64,000 nt of DNA from the human T2T-CHM13v2.0 reference genome, Homo sapiens. The notes under the pieces are model-generated. The model did no database searches. It worked only from the letters and a program-made list of their open reading frames with translations, and was not told the DNA's origin. Made by a program: the position numbers and the translations under genes. Position 1 is the first letter of the stretch. Each line of letters opens with the position of its first letter. The stretch lies in assembly GCF_009914755.1 (NCBI RefSeq), contig NC_060947.1; one strand, written 5' to 3'. Shown one piece after another: positions 15,231 to 31,621 of this stretch.

Positions 15231-16725
15231 AGGAAGATGTAGGAAAGTCTGGAACTTCCTAGAGACTTGTTTAATGGTTTTGACCAAAATGCTAATAGCC
15301 ATATGAACAATGAAGTCTAGGCTGAGGTGGTCTCAGATAGAGATCAGGAACTTATTGGGAGCTAGAGTAAAGGTCACTCATGCTATGCTATAATAAAGAC
15401 ACTGGCAGCATTTTGCCCATGCCCTAAGATCTGTGGAAACTTGAACTTGAGAGAGATGATTTAGGGTATCTGGCAGAAGACATTTCTAAGCAGCAAAGGA
15501 TTCAAGGGGTGACTTGGCTGCTGTTAAGAGCATTCAGTTTTATGTATTCACAAAGATGTGGTCTGGAAATGGAACTTATCTTTAAAAGTGAAGCAGAGCA
15601 TTAAAGTTCAGAACTTTTGCAGCCTGATAACTGATAGGATAAAAAAGAAAAACCCATTTTCTGAGGAGAAATTCAAGCCAGCTGCAGAAATTTGCATAAG
15701 TAACTAGGAGCCAAATGTTAGTCACCAAGAAAATGGGGGAAAATGTCTTCCAGGGCATGTCAGAGCTCTTCAAGGCAGCCCCTCCCATCACAAGACCCAG
15801 GGCCTAGAAGGAAAAAATGGTTTCTTGGGGCTGCCTCCCTGCTCTGCGCACACTTGGAACTTGGTGTTCTGTTTGCCAGCTGCTCCAGCTCCAGCCATGA
15901 CTAAAAGGGGCCAAGGTACTGCTCAGGCTGTTGTTTCAAAGGGTGTAAGCCCCAAACCTTGATGGCTTCCATGTGGTGTTGGGCCTACAGATGCATAGAA
16001 GTCAAGAATTGAGGTTTGGGAACCTCTACCTAGATTGCAGAGGATGTATGGAAATGTCTGGATATCCAGGCAAAAGTCTGCTGCCGGGGCAGAGCCCTCA
16101 TGGAGAATCTCTGCTAGGGCAGTGCAGAAGGGAAATTTGGGGTTGGAGCCCCCATACAGAGCCCCCACTGGGGTACTGCCTAGTAGAGTTGTGAGAAGAG
16201 AGTCACCGTCCTCCAGACCCCAGAATGGCAGATCCACCGACAACGTGCGCCGTGTGCCTGGAAAAGCTGCGGACACTCAACGCCAGCCTGTGAAAGCAGC
16301 TGGGAAAGGGGACATACCCTGCGAAGCCACAGGGATGGAGCTGCCCAAGAGCATGGGAACTCACCTCTTGCATCAGCGTGACCTGGATATGAGACATGGA
16401 GTCAAAGGAGATCATTTGGGAGCTTTAAAATTTGACTGCCCCGCTGGATTTTAGACTTGCATGGAGCCTTCAGTCCCTTTGTTTTGGCCAATTTCTCCCA
16501 TTTGGAATGGGAGTATTTATCCAATACCTGTACCCCCACTGTATCTAGCAAGTAACGAATCTGCTTGTGATTTTACAGGTTCATAGGCAGAAGTGACTTG
16601 CCTTGTCTCAGATGATACTTTGGACATGGACTTTTGAGTTAATGCTGGAATGAGTTAAGACTTTGGGGGACTGTTGATTGGTTTTGAAATGAGAACATGA
16701 GATTTGGGAGGTGCCAGGGGCTGAA
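15231..16725 (+). mobile_element. THE1/MST-type MaLR internal sequence, 5'-truncated
   Basis: Typical MaLR-int motifs (ggaaagtctggaacttcctagagacttg; gagatttgggaggtgccaggggctgaa PPT region). Confidence 0.9.
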
Positions 16726-17089
16726 TGATATGGCTAGGCTCTGTGTCCCCACCATAATCTCATCTTGAAGTCTAATCCCTTCACATCCAGGGAGGGACCT
16801 GGTGGGAGCTGATTGGATTATGGGGGCAGTTTCCCACATGTTGTTCTTGTGATGGTGAGTTTTCACAAGATCTGATGGTTTAAAGGTGTGGCACTTCCAC
16901 TTCTAACTCTCTGTCTCCTGCAGCCATATGAAGAAGGTCTTGCTTCCCTTTTGCCTTCTGCCATGATTGTAAATGTCCTAAGGCCTCCCGAGCCATGTGG
17001 AAATGTGAAATCAATTAAATGATTTTTTCTTTATAAATTACCCAGTCTCAGGTAGTATCTTTACAGCAGTGTGAAAATGAACTAATACA
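16726..17089 (+). mobile_element. THE1D-like 3' LTR
   Basis: TGATATGG...CTGTGTCCCCACC start, ...GAACTAATACA end. Confidence 0.9.
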
Positions 17090-17654
17090 TATGGCTACAA
17101 TTAGATTTTTAAAATTCAGGCCTAAGTAATTAAGTGTGCAAAAAAGTTGATAGTTTAAAAATCCTTATGTTCTGTATTGTATTGTTATACAATAGAGCTA
17201 TAAGCAAATTTATTTAAATTATAAAATATTTTCCTTTACATTATTGCTATACTGCTTTTTATAATCAAAAAAGTAAAGAAAGAAGGGTAAAAGAGCAAAA
17301 GAGGGTGGGAAGGTGACAGGGAGGGAAACAAGGATGGAGGAAGGAAAAAAGGAAACAAATCACAATCAGTAATCATGTGTTTTAGAACCTAAGTGTAAAG
17401 TGCTCTATTTTAGGGCAACAGACATTTGAGAATTTTCTTTATATTCCTGTTTGTATACTAATAGAGTAGGTATTTGCAGAAGGTTTAGAGATTATAAGCC
17501 ACACACAATGTGCATAAGAAATAACTAAAAGGAAATTTTAACTTAAGTTTTCTAGTTTCTCTGGTAGCTTTTTTCAGCTAAATGATAAGCTACTTTCTTT
17601 CTGTTAAATCACAGTTAAAAAGTTACTTACTGTACATAAGCTTAATAGTTATTA

Positions 17655-17810
<156 letters not shown>

Positions 17811-18129
17811 TTACTAAATGTCCAAGGATATATGTTTATTGTAGACCCATTGAGAAAAGTTTGCAAACCTCACAGTCCCTAGAAATGCCTTTACTTAAAC
17901 ATCACCTTCTCTGACCTGTTTGGGAGTGCCCTGCCTACTGCCATATTACTTTAAAAATATAAAGATGCCAATACAGGTTTATAAACCTTAATATGAGGTA
18001 TTTTATATTAAGGAGTATGAATTAATGTTCTTTAATCTCCTTACGTTTTAAACTCAACTTCACATAAAGAGCCTCTGACTTATTATTCCTATTATTATTA
18101 ACAGAAATAAAAGCAACCACCATGTTTCA

Positions 18130-18284
18130 AACATTCAATTAGGGAATTATAAAGGTTTGTCTTTGATTCCTCACAACAATCTTTAGGAAGAGGTAAGCAT
18201 TTCCATTTTACAAATGAAGACATAAATTCAGAGAGGTTAAGTAACTTGCTTATGAACCTATCTATGTAACTATCCATAACATAA

Positions 18285-18337
<53 letters not shown>

Positions 18338-18400
18338 TATAAATAAAACGGAGAAATAAACTAGGAATTAAACTCTGGTCTTTATAATTCTAAACCCTGT
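18130..18400 (-). mobile_element. MIR containing an (AC)n microsatellite
   Basis: ccattttacaaatgaagacataaattcagagaggttaagtaacttgc MIR core. Confidence 0.7.
18287..18334. repeat. (AC)24 microsatellite
   Basis: Direct read. Confidence 0.98.
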
Positions 18401-18508
18401 AGTAAAGAATGCTATAGTGTTTTCTCTCCCATTGAGCACTGTACTCTAAAATATACAATAGGTATTAAAATACACACACTCAAACAGAGACTCAGAGATA
18501 ACTACTCA

Positions 18509-18634
<126 letters not shown>

Positions 18635-19083
18635 CTATTCATGAGAATACCAATAAATTATTACTTTCAATATAATTACTTAACATTTGTATAATATTTC
18701 ATTATTACTTGAACAATTTATTATCTGAAAATTCTCTAAATGCCAGGCACTACACTAAGTGTTAAAGGTAATAAGATATGGCTCTTAACTCCTAATAGCA
18801 GGTTGTAGTTTAGTGCAAGGCTCTAAACCAAGGATGAGCAGCCACATCACCTGGGGAAATGCTTCAAATTTAATGATCCGAAATCCTACACCTATAGAAT
18901 CAAATTCTGTTTGGGGTATAGCTCGGTAATATATCTATTTTGGAAAAACTCCCTAGTGCAGTATGATGCTCTGGTTAAAAATCACTCCCCTAGCAAAAAT
19001 ACAGTATGTAAGCATCCAGGTATATATGTACGTGTACATGTTTGGGGTGAAGACTTATATATTTTAATGTCTACAACATTATC

Positions 19084-19975
19084 TTTTTTGTTGTTTTTGT
19101 TTTACTTCAGATTCATGGGGTACACGTGCAGGTTTGTTACAGAGATATATTGCATAATGGTGGGGTTTGAGTTTCTAGTGTACCCATCCTCCAAATAGTA
19201 ACCACTGTAACAAATAGCTAAGTTTTTAACCCCTATCCCCCTCCTAATCTCCCTTCCTTTGGAGTCCCCAATGTCTATCATTTCCATCTACATGTCCAGT
19301 TGTACCAACTGTTTAGTACCCATTTGTAAGAGAGGGCGTGTGGTATTTGACTTTCTGTTTTTCAGCTGTTTTACTTACGATAATGGCCTCCAGCTCCATC
19401 TATGCTGTTGTAAAGGCCATGACCTCAATTTTTATAGGTACACAGTATTCCATGATGTCTATGTACATTTTCTTTATCCAGTCCACCACTGACGGGCATC
19501 TAGATTGATTCCATGTCTTTGCTATTGTGAATAGTGATGTGACGAACATGCATGTGCATGTGTCTTCATGGTAGAACAATTTATATTCCTTTGGGTATAT
19601 ACCCAGTAATGGAATTTGGGTAGTTCTACTTTAAGTCTCCTGAGAAATCTCCAGATTGCTTTCCGCAGTGGCTGAACTAATTCACATTCCCACCAGTAGT
19701 ATATAAGCATTCTCCTTTCTCCACAACCTCACAAGCATCTGTTTGTTTGTTTTGAATTTTTAATAATACCCATTCTGACTGGTGTGAGATGGTATCTTGT
19801 GGCTTTGATTTGCATTTCCCTAATGATTAGTGATGTTTTAGCATTTTTTCATATGTTTGTTGGTCGCTTATACATTTTCTTTTAAGAAGTGTCTGTTCAT
19901 GTCCTTTGCCATTTTTAAATGAGATTGTTTGTTTTTTTGCTTGTTGATTGAAGTTCCTTATAGATTCTGGATATG
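19084..19975 (-). mobile_element. L1PB-like 3' end fragment
   Basis: T-rich tail, ggggtacacgtgcaggtttgttac, degraded ORF2 end. Confidence 0.85.
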
Positions 19976-20178
19976 ATCTTACAATAATCATACACATTTA
20001 CTGATTATTAATCACATTTAACAGATGGCAAAACTGATCTTCATAGGTATAGGGTCCTGCTTAAAGTTATATATTAGCATATAGCAAAGCTAGAATTGAA
20101 ATCCAGGTCTTATTCCAAAGCCCAAGCTCTTTTACCACATATAAGCTGCTCCTACAATTTCCTAGGACAACAAGGTTA

Positions 20179-20541
<363 letters not shown>

Positions 20542-20703
20542 TCAACTTTTACTTGATGACGAATAGATGGGAGCTGTCCCTATCTTCCAGAAGATAATTA
20601 TGTAAAGCTCACTTGATAAGCTACTTTAGCACCTGATGACATTAATAAAAAGTTTTACAAACATCTAAATCAAATCTTTATCTTAATAAATATACATATT
20701 CTC

Positions 20704-21008
20704 AGCTGGGCACGGTGGCTCATGCCTGTATCCCAGCACTTTGGGAGGCCGAGGTGGGTGGATCACCCTGAGGTCAGGACTTCGAGACTAGCCTGGTCAA
20801 TGTGGCAAAATCCTGTCTCCAATAAAAATACGAAAAATTAGCTAGGCATGGTGGCGTGTACCTGCGATCCCAGCTACTCAGGAGGCTGAGGCAGAAGAAT
20901 CACTTGAACCCAGGAGGCAGAGGTTGCAGTGAGCCGAGATAGGGCCACTGCACTCCAGCCTGGGCAACAGAGCGAGACTCCGTTGCAAAATAAATAAAAA
21001 ATAAATAA
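20704..21008 (+). mobile_element. AluS
   Basis: TSD taaatatacatattctc. Confidence 0.95.
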
Positions 21009-21710
21009 ATAAATATACATATTCTCTCTTATATCCTTCCTGTCAAGAATCATCACACAACTCTTCATTTACCTGGAAAACTATCATAAAATGGCCCTTT
21101 AGTCTCTTATTCAGAAAACCAAAATGAAACACACATAAACCTAGGTAGAAATGGTGGTGTATGTATACCTATGTCTGTCTGTATGTGCATGTGTGCATAT
21201 ATATATACACATATATAGGTACAAATGAATGAAATATTTATTGACAAAATCATTCTCCATAAAATATGGAGCCACATGGGTATTATATATGTAGCTACAA
21301 GGGTAATATATCAAAACAGCTATTTTACAAAACACCAAAAGTTTCTGGGCTTCTTGTGATTTATCATATTTAAAATATACCAAAGCTGTCAGAACCTTGA
21401 GAGTGTTTATAGTCTACACACTCAGCTTATGGAGGCTCCAGAAGGTAAAAAGTTGCTGATTACGGAAAATATCCACAAAGGGGAACTCCTGCTTTGCTCT
21501 AATTATGGACTAGTATAGACTAGACAATAGAAAATAGCATACAAATTTTGAGAAACGTATAAAATGTGATCCATAATATTCAGTTCTACAAGAGTATAGA
21601 TCATCATCTTATCTTGGATACACAATCAACAGTGAAATATGCATAAAACTGAGGGGAAAAAACCATGGGTAAGCAATTTAATTCCAAAGCTACTTCCATT
21701 GCATAGCTTA

Positions 21711-21836
<126 letters not shown>

Positions 21837-22171
21837 CTAAAACAGAAAACATAAGGTATTAAACAGCAGCATCCTATATAACTCTGTATGTCCAATATAC
21901 ATTCCTACAAACATCCTCTTCTGTTTGCAGAAAGAAATAATTATAATATTGAAAGACTTTATACAATAAAGGTTTCAAATGATGTTAATTCAGTATTCAT
22001 GCCTACGTAGCCCTGTGCTCAGTACCACATCATATAAACACAGTAAACACAGTCCTTTCCCTTCAATCAGCTTCATAAGTGTGCTGAAGAAGCAGATTCA
22101 TGGAAAATGTACACAAAACTGGTCATATTTTAAAGTATATGTGCCCCTCCATATCCACAGCTTCTGCATCA

Positions 22172-22608
<437 letters not shown>

Positions 22609-23067
22609 TTAATATAGCATTTACATTGTATTAGGTATCATAAGTAATATAGAGATAATTTAAAGTATATAGGAGGATGTACATAGGTTATATGCAAATA
22701 CTATGCCTTTTATATAATGTCCTTGTAGATTCTGTTATTTGCAAGGGGTCCTAGAGCCAATTCTGTGTGGATACCGAAGGACAACTGTACTATACTTCAA
22801 ATTATAACTGACACTCTAACTATCAAAATTCTAATATTCAGTCTACACATTCCATATAAACAGTATAAATCACAGGTTACTAAATGGAGTAATTTCAAGA
22901 CAAATTAAAAGTTGCCTGTTACAAGAGTTCATGTCAGAACTGGCATATTATGGAAGGAAAATGAATTCAATTACTTAATTCTTCAGCTCTTTAAGTCACC
23001 ATTTACTATCATTTTCTATATTTATTACAAAAAGTTTCTTTTCCTCAAGTTTAAAAGCAGTGATAGA

Positions 23068-23372
<305 letters not shown>

Positions 23373-25117
23373 GTAGTGATAGAGATAAGTAAATAGAAGA
23401 AAGTAACAAAAAATACCATATTATGAGATTTCTAAAATACATTAACATACTCTACCAATCAATACTAGGTCAGAATTTCTAATAGCTAAAAATTTGAGCA
23501 GAAAATAAAAAAGGTTTAAAATTAGTAAATAAAATAATTGTAAGGGTTAAAAACCAATAATACACGTCATTAAGATATCCTTTATTATATATTCATTCCT
23601 GAATTCCACAAATACTGATCATTGAACATCTATGTGTAGGCACTAGATGCTGTGATAAGGCATAAAACCATTTCCTCTAGGATATGGAAACTCATGTAGA
23701 TATATAACTATAATGCAAGGTAGAATATATTATATATCAGAAGAGAAAAATAATTTAGGTAGAAAAGCCATGAGCACAGAGGGACTGGCCAATGAAAAAC
23801 AAGGATAACATCCTGGAAAAGTTAGTATTTGAATTAGACCTTGAAAATGATAATTTTAAGAAGCAATGATCTGTATGTAGGGATATCTAGGCAAGACAAT
23901 GAAGGCTTAATATTAAGATGAAGTAAAAAGTAATGTTGCCATTAAGAAATCAATTATATAAAAAGTGTATGTTTGCCTTTATAATTTCTTTAAAAACATT
24001 CTCTACATATTCATTGTCTGGTTTACATACATCTTCCTCATTACCTGAAGAACTGTCTTCACCTCATACACATTAGTCTTGAAGCATATAAGGATGTAGT
24101 AAGTTTAACAACATAGAGGAAGAGGAATTCCACCAAAGAATGGAGAAAAATAGTCCTTAGACAGGAGTCTCATTAGGTCTTAGAGTGTACAGATCCTTAT
24201 ATTGTTCTATAAAGTTTTCTAACATAATTAAACATTACTCCTCTTCTGCCTCCAGAAAATAAAAACAGGCAACAACTACAAGAAATAGTGATTTGATATA
24301 TGCCAATAAAATTTTACAAGTTCTCTGTTTTTAAGTATAGCATTCATCAGAAAATATTTATTAACATAACTATGCAAACAAGCATTACTCAGAAGTCCAA
24401 TACCTATATGAAAATATCAAAAGAAACATCTTAAAATATCTAAAGATAATCAGCAGGTAATAATTTATTTGTAAGGCTATTTGATAGCTACTCTGATATA
24501 AGATCTCTATAACAGGCAATTACAGAAAAGTTTGGTAAAACTTTTATTGTTCCCAAAATGTTTAGAGCCTACTTGCAAGGTTTTGTTCCTTCTGCTGTTG
24601 CAATGACAATATTACATTTCTACTAACACTCTTAAATTAAAAACTGTGTAAAAACATTTAATTGATTAAAAAAATTAGTATATCAGACAATATCCAAGCC
24701 AAAAAGAGTTCTAATGTTCCAATGTTACGATAATTTTCATAATAAACTGAAAGTTTTTTACCAGGTAGAATTTTGATTAATTTTTGACTGGCCAATAATA
24801 AATATGGCTACACTCATCAATCACAGACTCAGAAAGAAAGACCTGTTTGCAAAACTACATTCCCCTGCTCATTTAAAGGAGTAAATACCTTCTTGTATAC
24901 TTTCTATCAGGTTGAACGTGTTTTGTTTTTTTTTAATAAATATTGGAACATGAATGAGGACTCAAAATACCACTCAATTCTACTAAGTGGCAATTCAGAT
25001 TAAAATAAAGCCAATTATTTTTATGACTTCACAAGCTGATTAATTTATCTCAATATTCAATGAGCATCTAATAGACTGAAGCTACTGTGCCAGGACCTAC
25101 AAAGGATACAAAGATTA

Positions 25118-25393
<276 letters not shown>

Positions 25394-25882
25394 CTAAAAC
25401 ATAAATACACGAAAAGTATATGTATAAAACACAGTTCTCCAATACATAAAACACATAAACAATAGTATGAAAAATAGTAGGTAGAGAAGATTAAAAATTT
25501 CAGGTTACAATGAAACCTAAAGTATATAAATTTGAATGATTTTGCTTTATTATATACAATTTTTCTGCCAATAAAAAATCACTTTACTAAATTTTAACTG
25601 ACAAGTAATAACTTGACACTATAGACTACCTGAAAACCATAACTTTTACATACGTCCCTTGACTACCACGTGAATTCAAATGCAAGAATAAGTTTTTGCC
25701 AATAAAATAGTGATAATCAAGAAAATAATTGTCTACTAAAGCAAAAGACTATAGAATGTGTCTATAATCAATTTTGAAGTTAAAATTAAAATAACTACAT
25801 ACACCAAGTCTTTAAATCATTTAAATGAATCTATAGTGGGGAAAAGAAACTGTCATTGGGATGAAATAAAAACATAAAGGTA

Positions 25883-26048
25883 AGCCAGGCACAGTGGTAC
25901 ACACCAGTAGTCCCAGCCAACCAGGAGGCTGAGGTGGGAGTATTGCTTGAGCCTAGCAGTTCGAGTCTGCAGTGTGCTATGATCATGCCTGTGAATAGCC
26001 ACTGCACTCCACTCTGGGCAACATAAGACCCCATCTCTTTAAAAAAAA
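25883..26048 (+). mobile_element. FAM (fossil Alu monomer)
   Basis: Monomer with gcctgtgaatagccactgcactcc diagnostic. Confidence 0.85.
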
Positions 26049-26415
26049 CACCAAAAAACAGTGGAATGGAGGGAGAGTCCTATACAATTTATCATACTCT
26101 TCCATGTTACAAGTTAAAAATGTTAAAAATGAGGACTCAAAATACCACATGACAAGAATAATAATGTTGTCAGATAAAACTGACAAGAATAATAATTTTG
26201 CTAAGACAGTAGTTTATTTTAGGACATTGCTACGTTTTAACAAATGATTGTGAATATGTTTGAATAACAAATTATAATGAAACATTCTAGCCTCTACCTT
26301 TGATAACAGAAAAATTTCAAAAATTCTTTACATTTTGAAGTCAAACTACTTTTACTTACTTTCTCAGATGAAATGTTATTTTTAGAGAAAAGTCAATGTT
26401 ACAATTAAATATTTA

Positions 26416-26655
<240 letters not shown>

Positions 26656-26785
26656 TCAAAATTATGGATACCTAAGTATAGAAAAGGAGTAGTTTTACTT
26701 AATAATTGAAAGATCATTCTGTAAGCAAACAGCATTATAAATGACATGGCTGGATTTTTTTCTAACTTAAGAGAAAAAATATCAT

Positions 26786-27078
26786 CCAGGCACGGTGGCT
26801 CACACCTGTAATCCCAGCACTCTGGGAGGCCAAGATGGGCAGATCACAAGATCAGGAATTCGAGACCAGCCTGGCCAACATGGCAAAACCCCGTCTCTAC
26901 TAAAAATACAAAAATTAGCCGGGTGTGATGGCACACGCCTGTAGTCCCAGCTACTCAGGAAGCTGAGAGGGAAGAATCACTTGAATCCAAGAGGCAGAGG
27001 TTGCAGTGAGCCGAGAGTGTACCACTGTGCTCCAGCCTGGGTGACAGAGTGAGACTCCATCTCAAAAAAAAAAAAAAA
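26786..27078 (+). mobile_element. AluSg-like
   Basis: Full dimer, A tail. Confidence 0.93.
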
Positions 27079-27849
27079 TCAATATAGAATTTCGACCATT
27101 ATCTAAGTAATTTTAATGAAATGCTTCTTGGATGAAGTATACTTTATCCAAGGATTATAATTATAATGCTTAGTTTCCTGTAACAGGAATTAAAATCCCT
27201 GTCCAAAATCACAAATGCTTCTTTAAAATAAAAAAGCATCTTATTCTTGGAAATGCTGAAGTGGGATTGTTTTAAAACTGAAATAAATACATATACAGTC
27301 ATATACAGTCATGAGTCAGTTAACAAAGGGGATACTTTCAGAGAAATGCATCATTAGGTGATTTTGTCATTGTGTGAATATCATACAGAGTATACTTACA
27401 CAAACCTAGACAGTATAGCCTACTACACAGCTATTCTATATAGGTAGAACCTAATGCTCCAAGGCTACAAATTTGTACAGCATGTGACTGTACTGAATAC
27501 TGTCAACAATTTTAACACAATGCTAAGTATATATCTACACAATGCTAAGTGTATATCTACACATAGAAAAGGTACAGTAAAAATATGACGTAAAAGATTT
27601 TTAAAAATGTATACATACACAGGGCACTTAACATGAATGGAGTTTATAGAACTGAAAGTTGCCGTGGGTGAGTCAGTGAGTGATGGTGAGTGAATGTGAA
27701 GACCTAGAACATTACCGTACACTACTGAAGACTTTACAAACACTACGCTTAGGTTACACTGAATTTATAAAAAATATTTTTCTTTCTTCAACAAGAAATT
27801 AATCAGCTTGCTGTAACATTTTTACTTTATACTTTTTAGTGTTTTTTAA

Positions 27850-28294
<445 letters not shown>

Positions 28295-28549
28295 TAAGAC
28301 ACAAACATTAGCCTAAGCCTACAGAGGGTCAGGATCATCAATATCACCGTCTTCCATCTCCACATCTTTTCCTGTTCAACGGAAGGTATTCAGAGACAAA
28401 AACACATGGAGCTTTTATCTCCAATGATAATAATGCCTTCTTCTGGAATATCTCTTTGAGGACCTGACAGAGGCTATTTTACAGTTAATAATTTATTACA
28501 AGTAGGACAAGTACACTCTAAAATAACAATAAAAAGTATAGCATAAACT

Positions 28550-28668
28550 GAGCAAACTGGTGTGCACCTGTACACCCTGCTACGCAGGAGGCTGAGGTGG
28601 GACGACTGCTTGAGCCCAGGAGTTCAAGGCATGCCTGGGCAACATAGCAAGACACCATCTCTAAAAGA
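28550..28668 (+). mobile_element. FLAM-like Alu monomer nested in Tigger3b
   Basis: gaggctgaggtggg...cttgagcccaggagttcaag...gggcaacatagcaagac. Confidence 0.75.
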
Positions 28669-29224
28669 ATAGAAAATGAAATGAAGAAACCGTAATAATA
28701 TAAAAGTATAGCATAGTAAATAAACCAGTAACATAGTTGTTTATTAAGTACTATATACTGTACATAATTGTATATGCTAAACTTTTGTATGACTGACAGT
28801 TCAGCAAGTTAATTTACACCAGCATCCTCACAAACACATGAATAACACTTTGTGCTACAGTGTTACAATGGCTATGATGTCACTAGGTGACAGGAATTTT
28901 TCAGCTTCATTATTGGACCATAGTCATATGCACTCGATCATTGACTGAAACATCATTATGCAGAGGGTGAATATAATTGCCAAGATGTAGAATCTTGGAT
29001 TTAAAAAGAATCTTATTTTATAGATGAAGAAACTAAAAGGCCCACAGTGACGTCAGAAAGGTATTGGGAGAGCCAGGATCACATCAGGTCTCTCGGCTTC
29101 CAGCCAATACCTTTTCTACTATAAAACACTATTTTAATTCTGGTTTTACCAATTTCCTACGAGAACATAATTTCGTATTAAAACTGTTCAATAATTTTGA
29201 CCAAATTAAAACCATTAAAACTAC

Positions 29225-29301
29225 CTGGAAGAACTTTCACTTTGCCATTCAACAACAGGATCCTCTACCGAAGCGTCACTTGTGCCAACAGTTTCATCTT
29301 C
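29225..29301 (-). CDS. BRWD3: BRWD3 exon ~22 (77 nt): EDETVGTSDASVEDPVVEWQSESSS
   Basis: ttgtag acceptor, CAG|gtagtt donor. Confidence 0.93.
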
Positions 29302-29911
29302 CTACAACAAAGAGCCAGCAATTAAGATATATGGATATTACCAGCTAATGTATTTCTAATTAAAAAACCACTACCTGTTTTATAGCATTTTTTTGAATTC
29401 TGCCCTCAAAAAATGTTCTTCTTAAAACGCACATAATTATTGTTCTAAGTATATCTGTAACTCACAACTAAGTCTACTAGGTATTTCTAAATTTCTAGCA
29501 TCATTATCTTATTGATATAAAACATCTTTTTGTGATTTCAAAGACTCAATAGATTTCTTGAGTCCAAATATAACCCTCTTAAATACATTAGAAACATTGT
29601 TTTCAAAATGCCTATATGTCTCTGTCGAGTTAATATAATTACTCTCCATTAAAAATTTTAATTATCTTTTTTATGTAAAATTTTAAATACAGTAGAGAAT
29701 AGATAACCCGTGTACACAATCTCCAGTTTAGGTAATAACTCACTTCCTATTTTATCTATACCCTCACCCACTGCCTTATACTCTAGCATTAGTTTGATGC
29801 ACAATATGACCAAAAAAACCATTTTAACCATAAATATTTACTAAGATTAGGATTTGTTTTAAAAGTACAACCGCAATGCTGTTATCACATTACATTTAAA
29901 AGGGAGCATCA

Positions 29912-30211
29912 GGTCAGGTGCAGTGGCTCAACCCTGTAATCCCAGCACTTTGGAAGGCCAAGGCAGGCAGATCACCTGAGGTCAGGAGTTCGAGACCAGC
30001 CTGACCAATATGGTGAAACCCTGTCTCTACTAAAAACACAAAAATTAGCAGGGCATGGTGGCATGCACCTGTAGTCCTAGCTACTTGGGAGGATGAGACA
30101 GGAGAATTGCTTGAACTTGGGAGGTGGAGGCTGTAGACAGCTGAGATTGAGCCACTGTACTCCAGCCTGGACAACAGAACAAGACTCTTGTCTTTTTTTT
30201 TTTTTTTTAAA
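29912..30211 (+). mobile_element. AluS with T16 in place of the A tail
   Basis: Forward dimer; tail reads gtc-T16-aaa; agcatcag flanks. Confidence 0.92.
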
Positions 30212-30331
30212 GGGTGGGGGAAGCATCAGTTCCTGAATAGTGATAATTCTTTTAAGATCAAGATTTCATATGGGTGGGGGTGGGGCATGAATGTAGGACA
30301 TCTTTGATAATAGTTTAAGAACTGTGAATGG

Positions 30332-30627
30332 GGCCAGGTGCAGTGGCTCACGCCTGTAATCCTAGCACTTTGGGAGGCCAAGGTGGGCAGATCACCTGAG
30401 GTCAAGAGTTCAAGATCAGCCTGGCCAACAGGGTGAAACCCTGGCTCTACTAAAAATACAAAAATTAGCCATGCATGGTGGCGCATGCCTGTAATCCCAG
30501 CTCCTGGGGAGGCCAAGGCAGGAGAATCTCTTGAACCCAGGAGGCAGAGGTTGCAGTGAGCCAAGTACGTGTCACTGCACTCCAGCCTGGGGACAGAGTG
30601 AGACTCCATCTCAAAAAAAAAAAAAAA
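30332..30627 (+). mobile_element. AluSx-like
   Basis: TSD aagaactgtgaatgg/aagaattgggaatgg. Confidence 0.95.
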
Positions 30628-31201
30628 GAATTGGGAATGGCACAAGAATGAGAGTACCATATATTGTCAATGCATGATTAAACCTTCATTATGCATTTAA
30701 CAATGAAAGCTGTTAAGAGAACAAAAAGACTGGAGAACAGAAGAACAAGATGAAAAGAAGCTATGCTCTTTATTCATTACCATGAAAAAGGTAGGTCTGA
30801 GAAAAATCAACATTCAATGATCTCTATGAGGGGTGAAGTCAATAATAACAAAACATGTGTACATTATGTTGATTAGATAGCCAACCAGTTCTGAAACTGT
30901 GTAACTTATTAATGCTCTTTATATTTCGCTCCTTTCCATTTATAGGCTGATTTCCTCTTACTCTTTTTTTCACTGTCTCAACGTCAAACTCTTGCTGGCA
31001 TATTTGATACCCTCACCAAGACAGCATCTGAGGTACAAATCCAAGACATCTAAATGAATTAAATATGCCCAAATATACCTACTAAATGTATTATTAATGA
31101 ACAAATCTCTTATAAGAATATAATTAAAATAATTTTCTATTAAAGAAGTGACCCTTAAACCCAAATGGATGATACAAACTGGGAAACAAAAAACTACATC
31201 A

Positions 31202-31450
<249 letters not shown>

Positions 31451-31621
31451 TTAGGTGGGGGGTAGGGGTGAGTAGGAGATGAGAATAAATTCCCCAAAAT
31501 AAAGTCAACATAGAACTATATTTATACATATTTAATCCACTTTCCACTAATATTGATCACTCTCCTATTTTGTAAACCTTGTGATCAAATTAAAGACAGT
31601 GCTGAAAAGTCTGGGTTGCAA

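Noticed and set aside
15923-16454. ORFs of 117-139 aa
   Set aside because: Remnants within the MaLR internal region
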